A stretch of 64,000 nucleotides of DNA from Escherichia coli (GTDB lineage: Bacteria > Pseudomonadota > Gammaproteobacteria > Enterobacterales > Enterobacteriaceae), in NCBI RefSeq assembly GCF_048403405.1, contig NZ_CP183135.1. The stretch is one strand, 5' to 3'. A program made the position numbers and the translations under genes. Position 1 is the first letter of the stretch. Every line of letters begins with the position of its first letter. The notes beneath the pieces were generated by a model, which saw nothing but the letters and a program-made list of their open reading frames with translations, had not been told where the DNA came from and ran no database searches. This document shows positions 1-10,649 of this stretch, one piece after another.

Positions 1-575
1 AATAAAAAGCCGCGGTAAATAGCAATAAATTGGCCTTTTTTATCGGCAAGCTCTTTTAGGTTTTTCGCATGTATTGCGATATGCATAAACCAGCCATTGA
101 GTAAGTTTTTAAGCACATCATCATCATAAGCTTTAAGTTGGTTCTCTTGGATCAATTTGCTGACAATGGCGTTTACCTTACCAGTAATGTATTCAAGGCT
201 AATTTTTTCAAGTTCATTCCAACCAATGATAGGCATCACTTCTTGGATAGGGATAAGGTTTTTATTATTATCAATAATATAATCAAGATAATGTTCAAAT
301 ATACTTTCTAAGGCAGACCAACCATTTGTTAAATCAGTTTTTGTTGTGATGTAGGCATCAATCATAATTAATTGCTGCTTATAACAGGCACTGAGTAATT
401 GTTTTTTATTTTTAAAGTGATGATAAAAGGCACCTTTGGTCACCAACGCTTTTCCCGAGATCTCATCTATTGAAACAGCTTGATAGCCTTTTTCAACAAA
501 CAATATTCGTGCTGAGTTAACCAGTGATTGATAGGTACTCTTAAAATTTTCTTGTTGATGATTTTTATTTTCCAT
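1..575 (-). CDS. tetC: TetR-family regulator, Tn10 TetC-like; the last ~6 codons lie beyond the window start
   Basis: Minus-strand frame open to the window edge with ATG at 573-575 (MENKNHQQENFKSTYQSLVNSARILFVEKGYQAVSIDEISG...), TetR-type N-terminal HTH; AT-rich and divergent from tetD as in the Tn10 tet region. Confidence 0.6.
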   Translation of the reverse strand, partial: MENKNHQQENFKSTYQSLVNSARILFVEKGYQAVSIDEISGKALVTKGAFYHHFKNKKQLLSACYKQQLIMIDAYITTKTDLTNGWSALESIFEHYLDYIIDNNKNLIPIQEVMPIIGWNELEKISLEYITGKVNAIVSKLIQENQLKAYDDDVLKNLLNGWFMHIAIHAKNLKELADKKGQFIAIYRGFL

Positions 576-662
576 GATAGATTTAAAATAACATACCGTC
601 AGTATGTTTATGGTATCATGATGATGTGGTCGTGACAATCTTAAGAACATTTAGGTTATTTT

Positions 663-1079
663 ATGTATATTGAACAGCATTCTCGCTATCAAAATAAAGC
701 TAATAACATCCAATTAAGATATGATGATAAGCAGTTTCATACAACGGTTATCAAAGATGTTCTATTATGGATTGAACATAATTTAGATCAGTCTTTACTG
801 CTTGATGATGTGGCGAATAAAGCGGGTTATACCAAGTGGTATTTTCAGCGGCTGTTCAAAAAAGTAACAGGGGTCACACTGGCTAGCTATATTCGTGCTC
901 GTCGTTTGACGAAAGCGGCTGTTGAGTTGAGGTTGACGAAAAAAACTATCCTTGAGATCGCATTAAAATATCAATTTGATTCCCAACAATCTTTTACACG
1001 TCGATTTAAGTACATTTTTAAGGTTACACCAAGTTATTATCGGCGTAATAAATTATGGGAATTGGAGGCAATGCACTGA
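663..1079 (+). CDS. tetD: AraC/XylS-family regulator TetD of Tn10 (138 aa)
   Basis: ORF-track protein MYIEQHSRYQNKANNIQLRYDDKQFHTT...SYYRRNKLWELEAMH recognised as TetD; its stop TGA (1077-1079) overlaps the IS10 inside end CTGAGAGATCCCC starting at 1076. Confidence 0.8.
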   Translation: MYIEQHSRYQNKANNIQLRYDDKQFHTTVIKDVLLWIEHNLDQSLLLDDVANKAGYTKWYFQRLFKKVTGVTLASYIRARRLTKAAVELRLTKKTILEIALKYQFDSQQSFTRRFKYIFKVTPSYYRRNKLWELEAMH

Positions 1080-2266
1080 GAGATCCCCTCATAATTTCCC
1101 CAAAGCGTAACCATGTGTGAATAAATTTTGAGCTAGTAGGGTTGCAGCCACGAGTAAGTCTTCCCTTGTTATTGTGTAGCCAGAATGCCGCAAAACTTCC
1201 ATGCCTAAGCGAACTGTTGAGAGTACGTTTCGATTTCTGACTGTGTTAGCCTGGAAGTGCTTGTCCCAACCTTGTTTCTGAGCATGAACGCCCGCAAGCC
1301 AACATGTTAGTTGAAGCATCAGGGCGATTAGCAGCATGATATCAAAACGCTCTGAGCTGCTCGTTCGGCTATGGCGTAGGCCTAGTCCGTAGGCAGGACT
1401 TTTCAAGTCTCGGAAGGTTTCTTCAATCTGCATTCGCTTCGAATAGATATTAACAAGTTGTTTGGGTGTTCGAATTTCAACAGGTAAGTTAGTTGCTAGA
1501 ACCCATGGCTCCTTTGCCGACGCTGAGTAGATTTTAGGTGACGGGTGGTGACAATGAGTCCGTGTCGAGCGCTGATTTTTTCGGCCTTTAGAGCGAGATT
1601 TATACAATAGAATTTGGCATGAGATTGGATTGCTTTTAGTCAGCCTCTTATAGCCTAAAGTCTTTGAGTGACTAGATGACATATCATGTAAGTTGCTGAT
1701 AGGTTTCCAGTTTTCCGCTCCTAGGTCTGCATATTGTACTTTTCCTCTTACTCGACTTAACCAGTACCAACCCAGCTTCTCAACGGATTTATACCATGGC
1801 ACTTTAAAGCCAGCATCACTGACAATGAGCGGTGTGGTGTTACTCGGTAGAATGCTCGCAAGGTCGGCTAGAAATTGGTCATGAGCTTTCTTTGAACATT
1901 GCTCTGAAAGCGGGAACGCTTTCTCATAAAGAGTAACAGAACGACCGTGTAGTGCGACTGAAGCTCGCAATACCATAAGTCGTTTTTGCTCACGAATATC
2001 AGACCAGTCAACAAGTACAATGGGCATCGTATTGCCCGAACAGATAAAGCTAGCATGCCAACGGTATACAGCGAGTCGCTCTTTGTGGAGGTGACGATTA
2101 CCTAACAATCGGTCGATTCGTTTGATGTTATGTTTTGTTCTCGCTTTGGTTGGCAGGTTACGGCCAAGTTCGGTAAGAGTGAGAGTTTTACAGTCAAGTA
2201 ATGCGTGGCAAGCCAACGTTAAGCTGTTGAGTCGTTTTAAGTGTAATTCGGGGTAATGACTCCAAC

Positions 2267-2770
2267 TTACTGATAGTGTTTTATGTTCAGATAATGCCCG
2301 ATGACCTTGTCATGCAGCTCCACCGATTTTGAGAACGACAGTGACTTCCGTCCCAGCCTTGCCAGATGTTGTCTCAGATTCAGGTTATGCCGCTCAATTC
2401 GCTGAGTGTAACGCTTGCTGATTACGTGCAGCTTTCCCTTCAGGCGGGATTCATACAGCGGCCAGCCATCCGTCATCCATACCACGACCTCAAAGGCCGA
2501 CAGCAGGCTTAGAAGACGCTCCAGTGTGGCCAGAGTGCGTTCACCGAATACGTGCGCAACAACCGTCTTCCGGAGCCTGTCATACGCGTAAAACAGCCAG
2601 CGCTGGCGCGATTTAGCCCCGACGTATCCCCACTGTTCGTCCATTTCCGCGCAGACGATGACGTCACTGCCCGGCTGTATGCGCGAGGTTACCGACTGCG
2701 GCCTGAGTTTTTTAAATGGCGGAAAATCGTGTTGAGGCCAACGCCCATAATGCGGGCGGTTGCCCGGCAT
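2267..2770 (-). CDS. insB: IS1 InsB
   Basis: ORF-track protein [16 protein letters not shown]...[13 protein letters not shown] (167 aa). Confidence 0.8.
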   Translation of the reverse strand: MPGNRPHYGRWPQHDFPPFKKLRPQSVTSRIQPGSDVIVCAEMDEQWGYVGAKSRQRWLFYAYDRLRKTVVAHVFGERTLATLERLLSLLSAFEVVVWMTDGWPLYESRLKGKLHVISKRYTQRIERHNLNLRQHLARLGRKSLSFSKSVELHDKVIGHYLNIKHYQ

Positions 2771-2964
2771 CCAACGCCATTCATGGCCATATCAATGATT
2801 TTCTGGTGCGTACCGGGTTGAGAAGCGGTGTAAGTGAACTGCAGTTGCCATGTTTTACGGCAGTGAGAGCAGAGATAGCGCTGATGTCCGGCGGTGCTTT
2901 TGCCGTTACGCACCACCCCGTCAGTAGCTGAACAGGAGGGACAGCTGATAGAAACAGAAGCCAC
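2689..2964 (-). CDS. insA: IS1 InsA
   Basis: ORF-track protein [43 protein letters not shown]... Confidence 0.85.
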   Translation of the reverse strand: MASVSISCPSCSATDGVVRNGKSTAGHQRYLCSHCRKTWQLQFTYTASQPGTHQKIIDMAMNGVGCRATARIMGVGLNTIFRHLKNSGRSR

Positions 2965-3180
2965 TGGAGCACCTCAAAAACACCATCATACACTAAATCA
3001 GTAAGTTGGCAGCATCACCTAATTCGGGGCAGAATTGGTAAAGAGAGTCGTGTAAAATATCGAGTTCGCACATCTTGTTGTCTGATTATTGATTTTTCGC
3101 GAAACCATTTGATCATATGACAAGATGTGTATCCACCTTAACTTAATGATTTTTACCAAAATCATTAGGGGATTCATCAG

Positions 3181-3329
3181 GGTGATGCGTGCACTACGCA
3201 AAGGCCAGGCCTCAGCATTTTATTATGGTGATCCCCTGGGCGAAATGCGCCTGGTAAGCAGAGTTTTTGAAATGTAAGGCCTTTGAATAAGACAAAAGGC
3301 TGCCTCATCGCTAACTTTGCAACAGTGCC
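3181..3329 (+). mobile_element. IS26 right-end remnant (149 bp) abutting the IS10 outside end
   Basis: Sequence GGTGATGCGTGCACTACGCAAAGGCCAGG...CGCTAACTTTGCAACAGTGCC is identical to the 3' end of the two complete IS26 copies in this window. Confidence 0.85.
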
Positions 3330-3348
3330 GTGCAGACAGAAACCGTAA

Positions 3349-3585
3349 ACACCGGCATTGACATGCCGGGGAAGCCCTTATAGTACAATAATTCTCTATA
3401 TCCAAACTGACCCCGATGAGAAAAGCATGGAGACGTTGAGCACCAATCTGCAACTCGCCCGGCTGGTTGGCGTTCAGGGGACGCCGGCAACCATCATTGG
3501 CGACGAGATGATCCCCGGCGCGGTATCGTGGGAGACCCTTGAGGCGGTGGTGAAAGAAAAACTGGCGGTGGCCCATGCTCAGTAA
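3349..3585 (+). pseudogene. DsbA-family thiol:disulfide oxidoreductase, 3' fragment (ScsC-like), cut by the IS26 remnant
   Basis: C-terminal DsbA-like motif ...LQLARLVGVQGTPATIIGDEMIPGAVSWETLEAVVKEKL; in-frame stop directly after the IS26 boundary, no N-terminal half. Confidence 0.5.
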
Positions 3586-4081
3586 ACTGCGCCGCTGGCT
3601 GCGTGAAGGCGCGATCTTACTGGTTGTGCTGGCTGGCGTGATAATCCTGCTGGATGTCTGGCGTTCTCCGCAGATGCCGGCCATGTTTGACAGCACGCCG
3701 CTGCATACGCTGGACGGGGAAACCGTAACGCTGGCGTCGATCAGTGAAGAACGCCCGGTGCTGCTCTACTTCTGGGCGAGCTGGTGCGGTATCTGCCGTT
3801 TCACCACGCCGGATGTCGCCCGTTTGCAGTCGGAAGGGGAGAGCGTCATGACCATCGCGCTGCGTTCCGGTAATGACGGGGAGGTTTCCCGCTGGTTATC
3901 GCGTAAAAGGGTGACGTTCCCCGTCGTGAATGATAGCGGCGGTGAGATATCACGAAACTGGGAAATCAGCGTCACGCCAACGCTGGTGGTGGTGTCGAAG
4001 GGGCAGGTGGTAACTACGACCAGCGGCTGGACCAGCTACTGGGGCATGAAGTTACGTCTGTGGCGGGCAGCCATGTTTTGA
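3575..4081 (+). CDS. membrane-anchored thioredoxin-like protein (ScsD-like)
   Basis: N-terminal hydrophobic anchor followed by WCGIC (CxxC) thioredoxin motif; 168 aa. Confidence 0.6.
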   Translation: MLSKLRRWLREGAILLVVLAGVIILLDVWRSPQMPAMFDSTPLHTLDGETVTLASISEERPVLLYFWASWCGICRFTTPDVARLQSEGESVMTIALRSGNDGEVSRWLSRKRVTFPVVNDSGGEISRNWEISVTPTLVVVSKGQVVTTTSGWTSYWGMKLRLWRAAMF

Positions 4082-4317
4082 TAGCGTGCCGGGGAAACCC
4101 GGCATTTTTTAACCCATTGTAAGGATGTGTAAAACGAGCGGAGAGCGTGTTTTCTGTTATTTTTGCTGCTTTTTTACCGACGCCAGTTATTATTTTTTAC
4201 CGCTGCCTGATGTTGCAAACCTGAATTGATAATGGCATATCTGTTTTAATTGAATGAAAGTCTGTGATACGTTCAGGCGATTTTTTCGATTTCCATTTTG
4301 ACAGGGATAACAATTCA

Positions 4318-5079
4318 ATGCGCAAGGGTAAAATTATTGTTGCATCAATGATGGTGCTTTGTGTCCTTATTTTTGTTGCGGCGGCGGCATGGTTTATGCT
4401 GTTCCAGGGAGAAATGACGGAGCCGACAGAGGAGGAAAAACAGGCGGCAATTTTACACGCTGCGGGCCTGATGAAATCAGAGACCCAGGATAAAAAATCA
4501 GTCGAAACGCTCTATCATCGTTATATTATTCAACGCCATGTTAATTTAGATTCCGGCGAACTGGTGGCTGGCAGCAGCGCGGACACCGCGCGGCAGAAGT
4601 GTGAAAAACTTGCCCCTGAACGCGACCCAGCGCAGGTTCGTCAGCGCTGTACGGTGGCGGATGTGTTCTTTGTGAAAGATAAAAATAATGAAATTCAGCA
4701 GGTTATCATTCCAGTTACCGGTAAGGGTGCGAAATCCATGATGCATGCGTTTCTTGCTCTGGGGCTGGACGGTCGTACGGTGAGAAATCTGTATTATTAT
4801 CAGCAACGGGAAACGCCGTTTCTGGGGGCTAGGGTGGAAGACGCCAACTGGCGCAAACAGTGGCCAGGGAAACGATTATTAGATAACAGCGGACATCCTG
4901 CATTGAAAATAGTACAGGATAAACCTGAACATGCCGATGAATATACCGTTGACGGTATTTCCGGTGCGACGTTGACATCAACCGGCGTTGAGAAAAGTAT
5001 TAACTACTGGATGGGGCCGCAGGGATATGGTCAATTCTTACAGCGTCTTGCCAGCGATCGAAATAACCTTAATCTTTGA
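4318..5079 (+). CDS. FMN-binding-domain protein (NqrC/RnfG-like), membrane-anchored
   Basis: DGISGATLTS motif typical of covalent-FMN domains; N-terminal TM segment; start placed at in-frame ATG 4318 (MRKGKIIV...). Confidence 0.5.
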   Translation: MRKGKIIVASMMVLCVLIFVAAAAWFMLFQGEMTEPTEEEKQAAILHAAGLMKSETQDKKSVETLYHRYIIQRHVNLDSGELVAGSSADTARQKCEKLAPERDPAQVRQRCTVADVFFVKDKNNEIQQVIIPVTGKGAKSMMHAFLALGLDGRTVRNLYYYQQRETPFLGARVEDANWRKQWPGKRLLDNSGHPALKIVQDKPEHADEYTVDGISGATLTSTGVEKSINYWMGPQGYGQFLQRLASDRNNLNL

Positions 5080-5365
5080 ATATTGCTGTACGCAATAACG
5101 CGTTTTATTTCTGCCTGCCGATAATGAATAATATCACTGTCGGCAGGGGGATTTATTCCTCTGTTACCGCGCCTGCCTTGCCGTTAATTCCATGAGAAAA
5201 ACAGGGAGATAACGTCCCTTTTATCAACGCATAATGTGTGTGTTCATCACGATTTGATGAAATAAGTTTACATAACTTGTCGTCTGCTGACATTTTTATG
5301 ATCCAGGTCATGTATAACGCGACAAAAAGATATGATAATAATTATCATTTGTATTCTTTGGCGGT

Positions 5366-7312
5366 GTGCACGTGCGTAACTTCCGTAACTCTTTGTTGGT
5401 TACTCTCTTTGGCTTGTTTATAAGCATGAGTGTCTGGGCGTCGACGAATTATGCGCCTTTGATTGAAGATATCGAGCAACGTCTTGATAAAACAGCGGAA
5501 CTTTATCAGCAACAGCATGCCGACGAGGCGCGCCGCACGGTACAAATGGCCTATTTTGAGGTGTTCGAGAACCTGGAAGGGCCGATCCGCATCAACATTT
5601 CCGCGCGCAAAAGTTACGAGATGGAGAGCGCATTCGGCGAGATCCGTCGAATGATTGGCGAGAAAAAACCGCTCGCTGACGTCCAGGCGCGCATTGACTG
5701 GCTGAAAGCCGCACTGCGCGAAGTGGAACCGGTGCTGGATGGCGGACATCGTCTGGTGGCCGAAGAGCAGCACAACGCGCTGTCCAGGGACGACATTGCC
5801 GTTCACTGGCAGGAGAGTTTCAGGACGATCGACGATCTGCTGGCGCAGGCGGTCACTGAATATCAGGCCGGGAATTACAGCGTTGCCAGTCAGCACGTTC
5901 AACAGGCGCACTATCAGGGCTTTAAAAACTCTGAGATGGAGATGTCCCTCAGACAAAACCGTTCTGCAAAAGATGCCGCCTCCATTAACCAACAATTCTC
6001 ATCCCTGATTGCGCTGACCGCGCAACCTGACCATCTCAACGATGTCTCCTATCAGGTCACTACGCTGCTACAGGATATCGAGGATATCTTACCCGGCTTG
6101 CCAACCACCCGTGACGATCAGCAGGTTGCCGCAGCGCAAAGCGCAGACAACATTCCGGCGGCGGACGAGGGAAATAACCGCACCGACTGGGCTGAGGTGA
6201 CGACGGGAATTAACCAGAGCATTCAGGACGCGATAGCGCGCTATCAGGGCGGCGATGCGAAGAATGCGATTCTGGATATCCAGGATACCTACTTCGACCG
6301 CTTCGAAGCCAGCGGCATGGAAAACAAAATCGGCTCTCGCGATTCGGCATTTAAAACCACGCTGGAGGCGTATTTTACCCGCCTGGTCAGTCTGATGAAG
6401 GCCGGTCAGCCGGTTGAGCGCCTGAATGCAGAGGCCAGCGCGCTGACGCAGGATCTGCAAAAAGCCGTGACGATGCTGGGCGAAGGCGAAGAAACCCAGT
6501 GGAGTCTGCTGCTCTATAGTCTGATGATCATCGTGCGCGAGGGGCTGGAAGCGCTGCTGATTGTTGCGGCAATCGTGGCCTACATGGTGAAAAACAACCA
6601 TCAGGATAAGCTGCCGCTTATTCGTCAGTCGGTAATTGTGGCGCTGATCGCCAGCGTCATCACCGCCGCTATCTTCCAGATGCTGTTTACTAACTCCGGC
6701 GCCAGCCGTGAACTGCTGGAAGGCATAACGATGCTGATTGCCGTCGTGATGCTGTTCTTTATGAGTTACTGGCTGCTGTCCAAAGTGGAAGCGCGCCACT
6801 GGAAAGCCTGGCTGGAAGGCAAACTGTCTCATTCCCTGTCGCGAGGCTCCCTGGTCGGACTATGGCTGACCAGCTTCCTGGCGGTGTACCGCGAAGGGGC
6901 GGAAACGGTGCTGTTCTATTACGCTCTGATTGGCGATGCAAACACGGTATCCGGCCATATGGCGATTGGCGCCGGTTTTGTGATTGGCTGCGTGGTGCTG
7001 CTGCTCGCCTGGCTGGTGATGCGTTACTCAGTGGTGCGCCTGCCGCTGAAACCCTTCTTTATGTTTACCGGCAGTTTCATGTATCTGATGGCCTTCGTCT
7101 TTGCGGGCAAAGGCGTTCTGGAACTGGTGGAAGGCAAACTGTTCCAGCCTACGTTGATTAACGGCTTCCCTGAAATCAGCTGGCTGGGGATTTATCCCTA
7201 CGTGGAAACGTTGTTACCGCAGGTCGTATTGCTGCTCGCGGCGCTGGTGGCGCTGTGGGTGATGCGGCGCAAAAGCGCGGTTCCCGGGGAGACGATAAAA
7301 AATAACCCATAA
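5366..7312 (+). CDS. FTR1-family iron permease with large N-terminal periplasmic domain (FetM-like)
   Basis: 648 aa; signal peptide, ~370-aa soluble domain, then multi-TM FTR1-type region (...REGLEALLIVAAIVAYM...). Confidence 0.7.
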   Translation: MHVRNFRNSLLVTLFGLFISMSVWASTNYAPLIEDIEQRLDKTAELYQQQHADEARRTVQMAYFEVFENLEGPIRINISARKSYEMESAFGEIRRMIGEKKPLADVQARIDWLKAALREVEPVLDGGHRLVAEEQHNALSRDDIAVHWQESFRTIDDLLAQAVTEYQAGNYSVASQHVQQAHYQGFKNSEMEMSLRQNRSAKDAASINQQFSSLIALTAQPDHLNDVSYQVTTLLQDIEDILPGLPTTRDDQQVAAAQSADNIPAADEGNNRTDWAEVTTGINQSIQDAIARYQGGDAKNAILDIQDTYFDRFEASGMENKIGSRDSAFKTTLEAYFTRLVSLMKAGQPVERLNAEASALTQDLQKAVTMLGEGEETQWSLLLYSLMIIVREGLEALLIVAAIVAYMVKNNHQDKLPLIRQSVIVALIASVITAAIFQMLFTNSGASRELLEGITMLIAVVMLFFMSYWLLSKVEARHWKAWLEGKLSHSLSRGSLVGLWLTSFLAVYREGAETVLFYYALIGDANTVSGHMAIGAGFVIGCVVLLLAWLVMRYSVVRLPLKPFFMFTGSFMYLMAFVFAGKGVLELVEGKLFQPTLINGFPEISWLGIYPYVETLLPQVVLLLAALVALWVMRRKSAVPGETIKNNP

Positions 7313-7349
7313 TCGTTGTATAGCCGTTGTTTTAGACGAGAGGATACGT

Positions 7350-7880
7350 TTGATGACCATGAAGAAAACCCTGATTGCCAGCGCAGTGATGGCCAGCATT
7401 TTCATTGCGCCAGCCGCGTTTGCTTTTAAAGAGTACCCGGCAGGCGAGCCTGTCACCATGAATGAAATGGAGCTGGCGGCCGTTTACCTGCAACCGATTG
7501 ATATGGAACCGCGCGGCATGGGCTTACCGGCAGCAAAAGCCGATGTTCACCTTGAAGCGGATATCCACGCTGTAGAAGGCAATAAAAACGGCTTTGGCGC
7601 AGGGGAATGGATCCCGTACCTGACCATCAGCTACACCCTGGTCAACAACGACACGGGCGAAAAACAGGAAGGCACCTTCATGCCGATGGTTGCCAGCGAT
7701 GGCCCGCACTATGGCGCGAACATCAAAATGATGGGCGTGGGCAACTATAAAGTGACCTACCACATTGAACCGCCGTCAAAAGCCGGGATGCATCGCCATA
7801 CTGACAGCGAAACAGGCGTAGGCCGCTGGTGGAAACCGTTTGATGTGAGCTACGAGTTTAAATATGTCGGTCTGAACTAA
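7350..7880 (+). CDS. periplasmic P19-type iron-binding protein (FetP-like)
   Basis: 176 aa with signal peptide, immediately downstream of the FTR1 permease as in FetMP/P19 systems. Confidence 0.7.
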   Translation: MMTMKKTLIASAVMASIFIAPAAFAFKEYPAGEPVTMNEMELAAVYLQPIDMEPRGMGLPAAKADVHLEADIHAVEGNKNGFGAGEWIPYLTISYTLVNNDTGEKQEGTFMPMVASDGPHYGANIKMMGVGNYKVTYHIEPPSKAGMHRHTDSETGVGRWWKPFDVSYEFKYVGLN

Positions 7881-7983
7881 AACCGACTAACCAACGCGCC
7901 AGGAGGATTCCCCCTTCTGGCGCGTTGGTCAGACCGATCATATGCCCGTCGCTTAATTCAACCCGCCGTACAGAGTCGAAGTT

Positions 7984-9363
7984 ATGAGTTACTTTTTCGT
8001 CACGACGCTACAGGTCTTTTTCTGCATTGCGCTTCTTTCCGGTGTTCTCTGGAGTCGAAACGATCCTCCCTCTTTACGTCCGCTGACCTGGACGCTGCTG
8101 ACCGGGCTGATTGCCGGCGTGCTGGCGGGACTGTTTATTCACGGCAGCCAACCGGTACAACTGCTGCTGGTTGGGGCGGAGGTCATGGTATCGCTGCTGT
8201 TTGTCCTCAGTTTCTGGTGGGCTTCAACGCGTATCCGCTATCTGTGGCAGGGGATTCTGATTTTCGGCGCTGCCCGCCATTGGGCGCTGGACCCTAATCT
8301 GGGCGGGCTGACCAGTACGCATGTGCTGAATACTGACCTGCTGTTAAACCTGACGGCCGTCGTTCTCGCTTTTGCGATCCTCTGTCTGGCGGGCGTACTC
8401 TGCGCGATGCTGCTGCGGCGTATTCGCGGCCTGTACTGGCCGTTAACGCTGATTCTGCTGGTGATGATCTGGCTGCCGCTGAGCGGCAACCTGCTGTTGT
8501 TGCTGATGAAATTACAGGTTGTTCCGCTGGGAAAATCACTGCTGAGCTTCGTGGCGAAAGTCACAAATAACACGGCGCTGTATAACTGGGCGGGAGCCGC
8601 GCTGCTGCTGGCCCTGGCGCTGTGCTGGCTTCCGGCGCTGTTGCGGGCTTTTCGACAGACGCGGGAAACCGAAGAACCGATTGCTCACCGTCTGGCGCTG
8701 GCGCAGCGTCGCAACGCTTTGCGGCTGTGGTTGGTCACAATCGGCTGCGCGGTGGTCGTTATCGCAGGCCAACTGTGGTGGGATAAAGTGGCCTCGCAGC
8801 CGCCGCAACTCTCTGAAGCCGTGCCCGTAACGCTGGGGAGCGATGGCATGGTGCGCCTGCCGGTTGAACAGCTTCGTGACGGTAAACTGCATCGTTTCGT
8901 CTGGGTGGCGGACGATGGCAAAGCGGTGCGCTTCTTCGTGATTAACCGCTATCCCGACAAGCTGCGTTTTGGCGTGGTGTTCGACGCCTGCCTGCTGTGC
9001 GGCGATCAGGGTTATGTCATGGAGGGCAATCAGGTTATCTGCGTCGCCTGCGGAGTGCATATTTTTATTCCGTCTATCGGCAAGGCCGGTGGCTGTAACC
9101 CGGTGCCGATTGAAAACTGGCACAATGATGAAAAAGAGCTGGTGATCCCCGGTAAAGAACTGGCGACAGGGGTGAACTACTTCTCGACGGTCATGACTAT
9201 TAAAGTGACCGATCCGGTCGATGGTTCAACGTTGACCAATACCTCAGCCGATTACAAATACAGCTATGGCGGCAAGACCTGGTTCTTCTCGTCAGAGGCT
9301 AACTATGAACGCTTCCGTGAAACGCCGGAGCAGTTTGTTCCTGCCGACATGAGGGAGGAATAA
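7984..9363 (+). CDS. polytopic membrane protein with C-terminal Cys-rich metal-binding domain (FetA/Cj1660-like)
   Basis: 459 aa; N-terminal multi-TM half; C-terminal CLLCGDQGY...CVACGVHIF...GGCNPVP and GGKTWFFSSEANYERF. Confidence 0.55.
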   Translation: MSYFFVTTLQVFFCIALLSGVLWSRNDPPSLRPLTWTLLTGLIAGVLAGLFIHGSQPVQLLLVGAEVMVSLLFVLSFWWASTRIRYLWQGILIFGAARHWALDPNLGGLTSTHVLNTDLLLNLTAVVLAFAILCLAGVLCAMLLRRIRGLYWPLTLILLVMIWLPLSGNLLLLLMKLQVVPLGKSLLSFVAKVTNNTALYNWAGAALLLALALCWLPALLRAFRQTRETEEPIAHRLALAQRRNALRLWLVTIGCAVVVIAGQLWWDKVASQPPQLSEAVPVTLGSDGMVRLPVEQLRDGKLHRFVWVADDGKAVRFFVINRYPDKLRFGVVFDACLLCGDQGYVMEGNQVICVACGVHIFIPSIGKAGGCNPVPIENWHNDEKELVIPGKELATGVNYFSTVMTIKVTDPVDGSTLTNTSADYKYSYGGKTWFFSSEANYERFRETPEQFVPADMREE

Positions 9364-9365
9364 TC

Positions 9366-10649
9366 ATGCTGTGGCGGATGTTACGACAATCCTGGGGGCG
9401 CAATTTACGCCGCAAAGTGCTGGCGATAATCACCGTTTTTCTGGCCTCCAGCCTGATCTCGGCGCTGCTGGCGGTGTCCATTGATATCGGCGACAAAATG
9501 TCCAGAGAGCTGAAGTCTTATGGTGCGAACATTTTGATTGAACCCGCCGGACAGGCTGCGCTGCCCGCGCTGTTTAGTGAGAGCAGTAATCCGCTTTCCG
9601 GTCAGGATTTTCTTGATGAAGCCGAGCTGCCGAACATCAAAGATATCTTCTGGCGAAACAACATTGTCGGGTTTGCGCCGATGCTCGGCGGCGAAGCCAG
9701 CGTGGAGGGAGAACCAGTGCGGATTCTGGGCACTTTCTTCAGTCAGCCAGTGGATATTCCTGATGAAGAGGGATATGAGACGGGGCAGAAAACGGTCAGC
9801 CCATACTGGCAGGTGACCGGCGACTGGCCGCAGGAACCCGCAGGCGCAGAGCCGCAGACCTTAGTCGGGCACGCGCTGGCGCGGCAAATGGGCTGGAAAC
9901 CCGGTGATAAGCTGACATTACGTACCGAAGGCGAAGCAGTGCAGGTCACCGTCAGCGGTATCCTCTCCAGCGGCGGCGATGAAGATAACCAACTGGTGAT
10001 GCCGCTAAGCACGGTACAGCACCTGCTGGGGCTCCCCGGAAAAGTGCAGGCGATTCGCGTCTCGGCGCTGACGGTGCCGGAAAACGAACTGTCCCGCCGC
10101 GCGCGGGAAAACCTGGACGCGCTCAATGCCGAAGAGTACGACCTCTGGTATTGCACGGCCTATGTGTCGTCGATCGCGCATCAGCTGGAAGAGGCGATTT
10201 CCGGTGCGGAAGTGCGCCCGGTATGGCAGGTCGCGGCGTCCGAAGGGGTGGTGATCGATAAAATTCAGTTGCTGATGGCGGTCGTTACCGTCGCGGCGCT
10301 GGTGGCTTCCGCAATGGGGATCGCCTCGCTGATGACCAGCACCATTATGGAACGCGCCAAAGAGATCGGTTTGATGAAAGCGCTGGGTGCGCGACAGTGG
10401 CAAATTATGCTGCTGTTCTACCTGGAAGCGGCGTCCAGCGGGCTGGCTGGCGGTGCGCTGGGATGTATTGCCGGGTGGGGGCTGGCGAAAGCGATTGGCG
10501 TCATGCTCTTCGACGCGCCGCTTAATTTTGCCTGGATTGTGGTGCCGTGCGTACTGGTGATTGCGGTACTGATTGCGTTGATCGGCACCTGGTTCCCGGC
10601 CCGGCGGATTGCCCGGCTGTATCCTGTGGAGGTGCTGTATGGCCGCTAA
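9366..10649 (+). CDS. ABC transporter permease, FtsX-like
   Basis: 427 aa; N-terminal TM, large periplasmic domain, C-terminal TM bundle. Confidence 0.7.
   Translation: MLWRMLRQSWGRNLRRKVLAIITVFLASSLISALLAVSIDIGDKMSRELKSYGANILIEPAGQAALPALFSESSNPLSGQDFLDEAELPNIKDIFWRNNIVGFAPMLGGEASVEGEPVRILGTFFSQPVDIPDEEGYETGQKTVSPYWQVTGDWPQEPAGAEPQTLVGHALARQMGWKPGDKLTLRTEGEAVQVTVSGILSSGGDEDNQLVMPLSTVQHLLGLPGKVQAIRVSALTVPENELSRRARENLDALNAEEYDLWYCTAYVSSIAHQLEEAISGAEVRPVWQVAASEGVVIDKIQLLMAVVTVAALVASAMGIASLMTSTIMERAKEIGLMKALGARQWQIMLLFYLEAASSGLAGGALGCIAGWGLAKAIGVMLFDAPLNFAWIVVPCVLVIAVLIALIGTWFPARRIARLYPVEVLYGR

Larger units (their letters stand above)
2252..3019 (-). mobile_element. IS1 copy 1 (768 bp) inserted in IS10, flanked by 8-bp direct repeat TAATTCGG
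   Basis: Ends GGTAATGACTCCAACTTA... at 2252 and ...GTTGGCAGCATCACC at 3019; TAATTCGG at 2244-2251 and 3020-3027. Confidence 0.9.
1089..3073 (-). pseudogene. IS10 transposase disrupted by IS1
   Basis: ORF 1089..2216 (375 aa, ...CHALLDCKTLTLTELGRNLPTKARTKHNIKRIDRLL...) is the C-terminal 3/4 of IS10 Tnp; N-terminal codons resume after IS1 (start codon at 3071-3073). Confidence 0.85.
1076..3180 (-). mobile_element. IS10 (IS4 family, Tn10-type), both ends present, split by an IS1 insertion (1329 + 768 + 8 bp)
   Basis: Inside end CTGAGAGATCCCCTCATAATTTCC at 1076; reverse complement of outside end CTGATGAATCCCCTAATGATTTTGGTAAAAATCATTAAG... ends at 3180; length arithmetic fits exactly. Confidence 0.9.

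Noticed and set aside
1-575. The TetR-family gene at the window start considered as a chromosomal efflux regulator from a low-GC organism
   Set aside because: Adjacency to tetD and to the IS10 inside end fits the Tn10 tetC-tetD-IS10 arrangement better; still flagged at moderate confidence.
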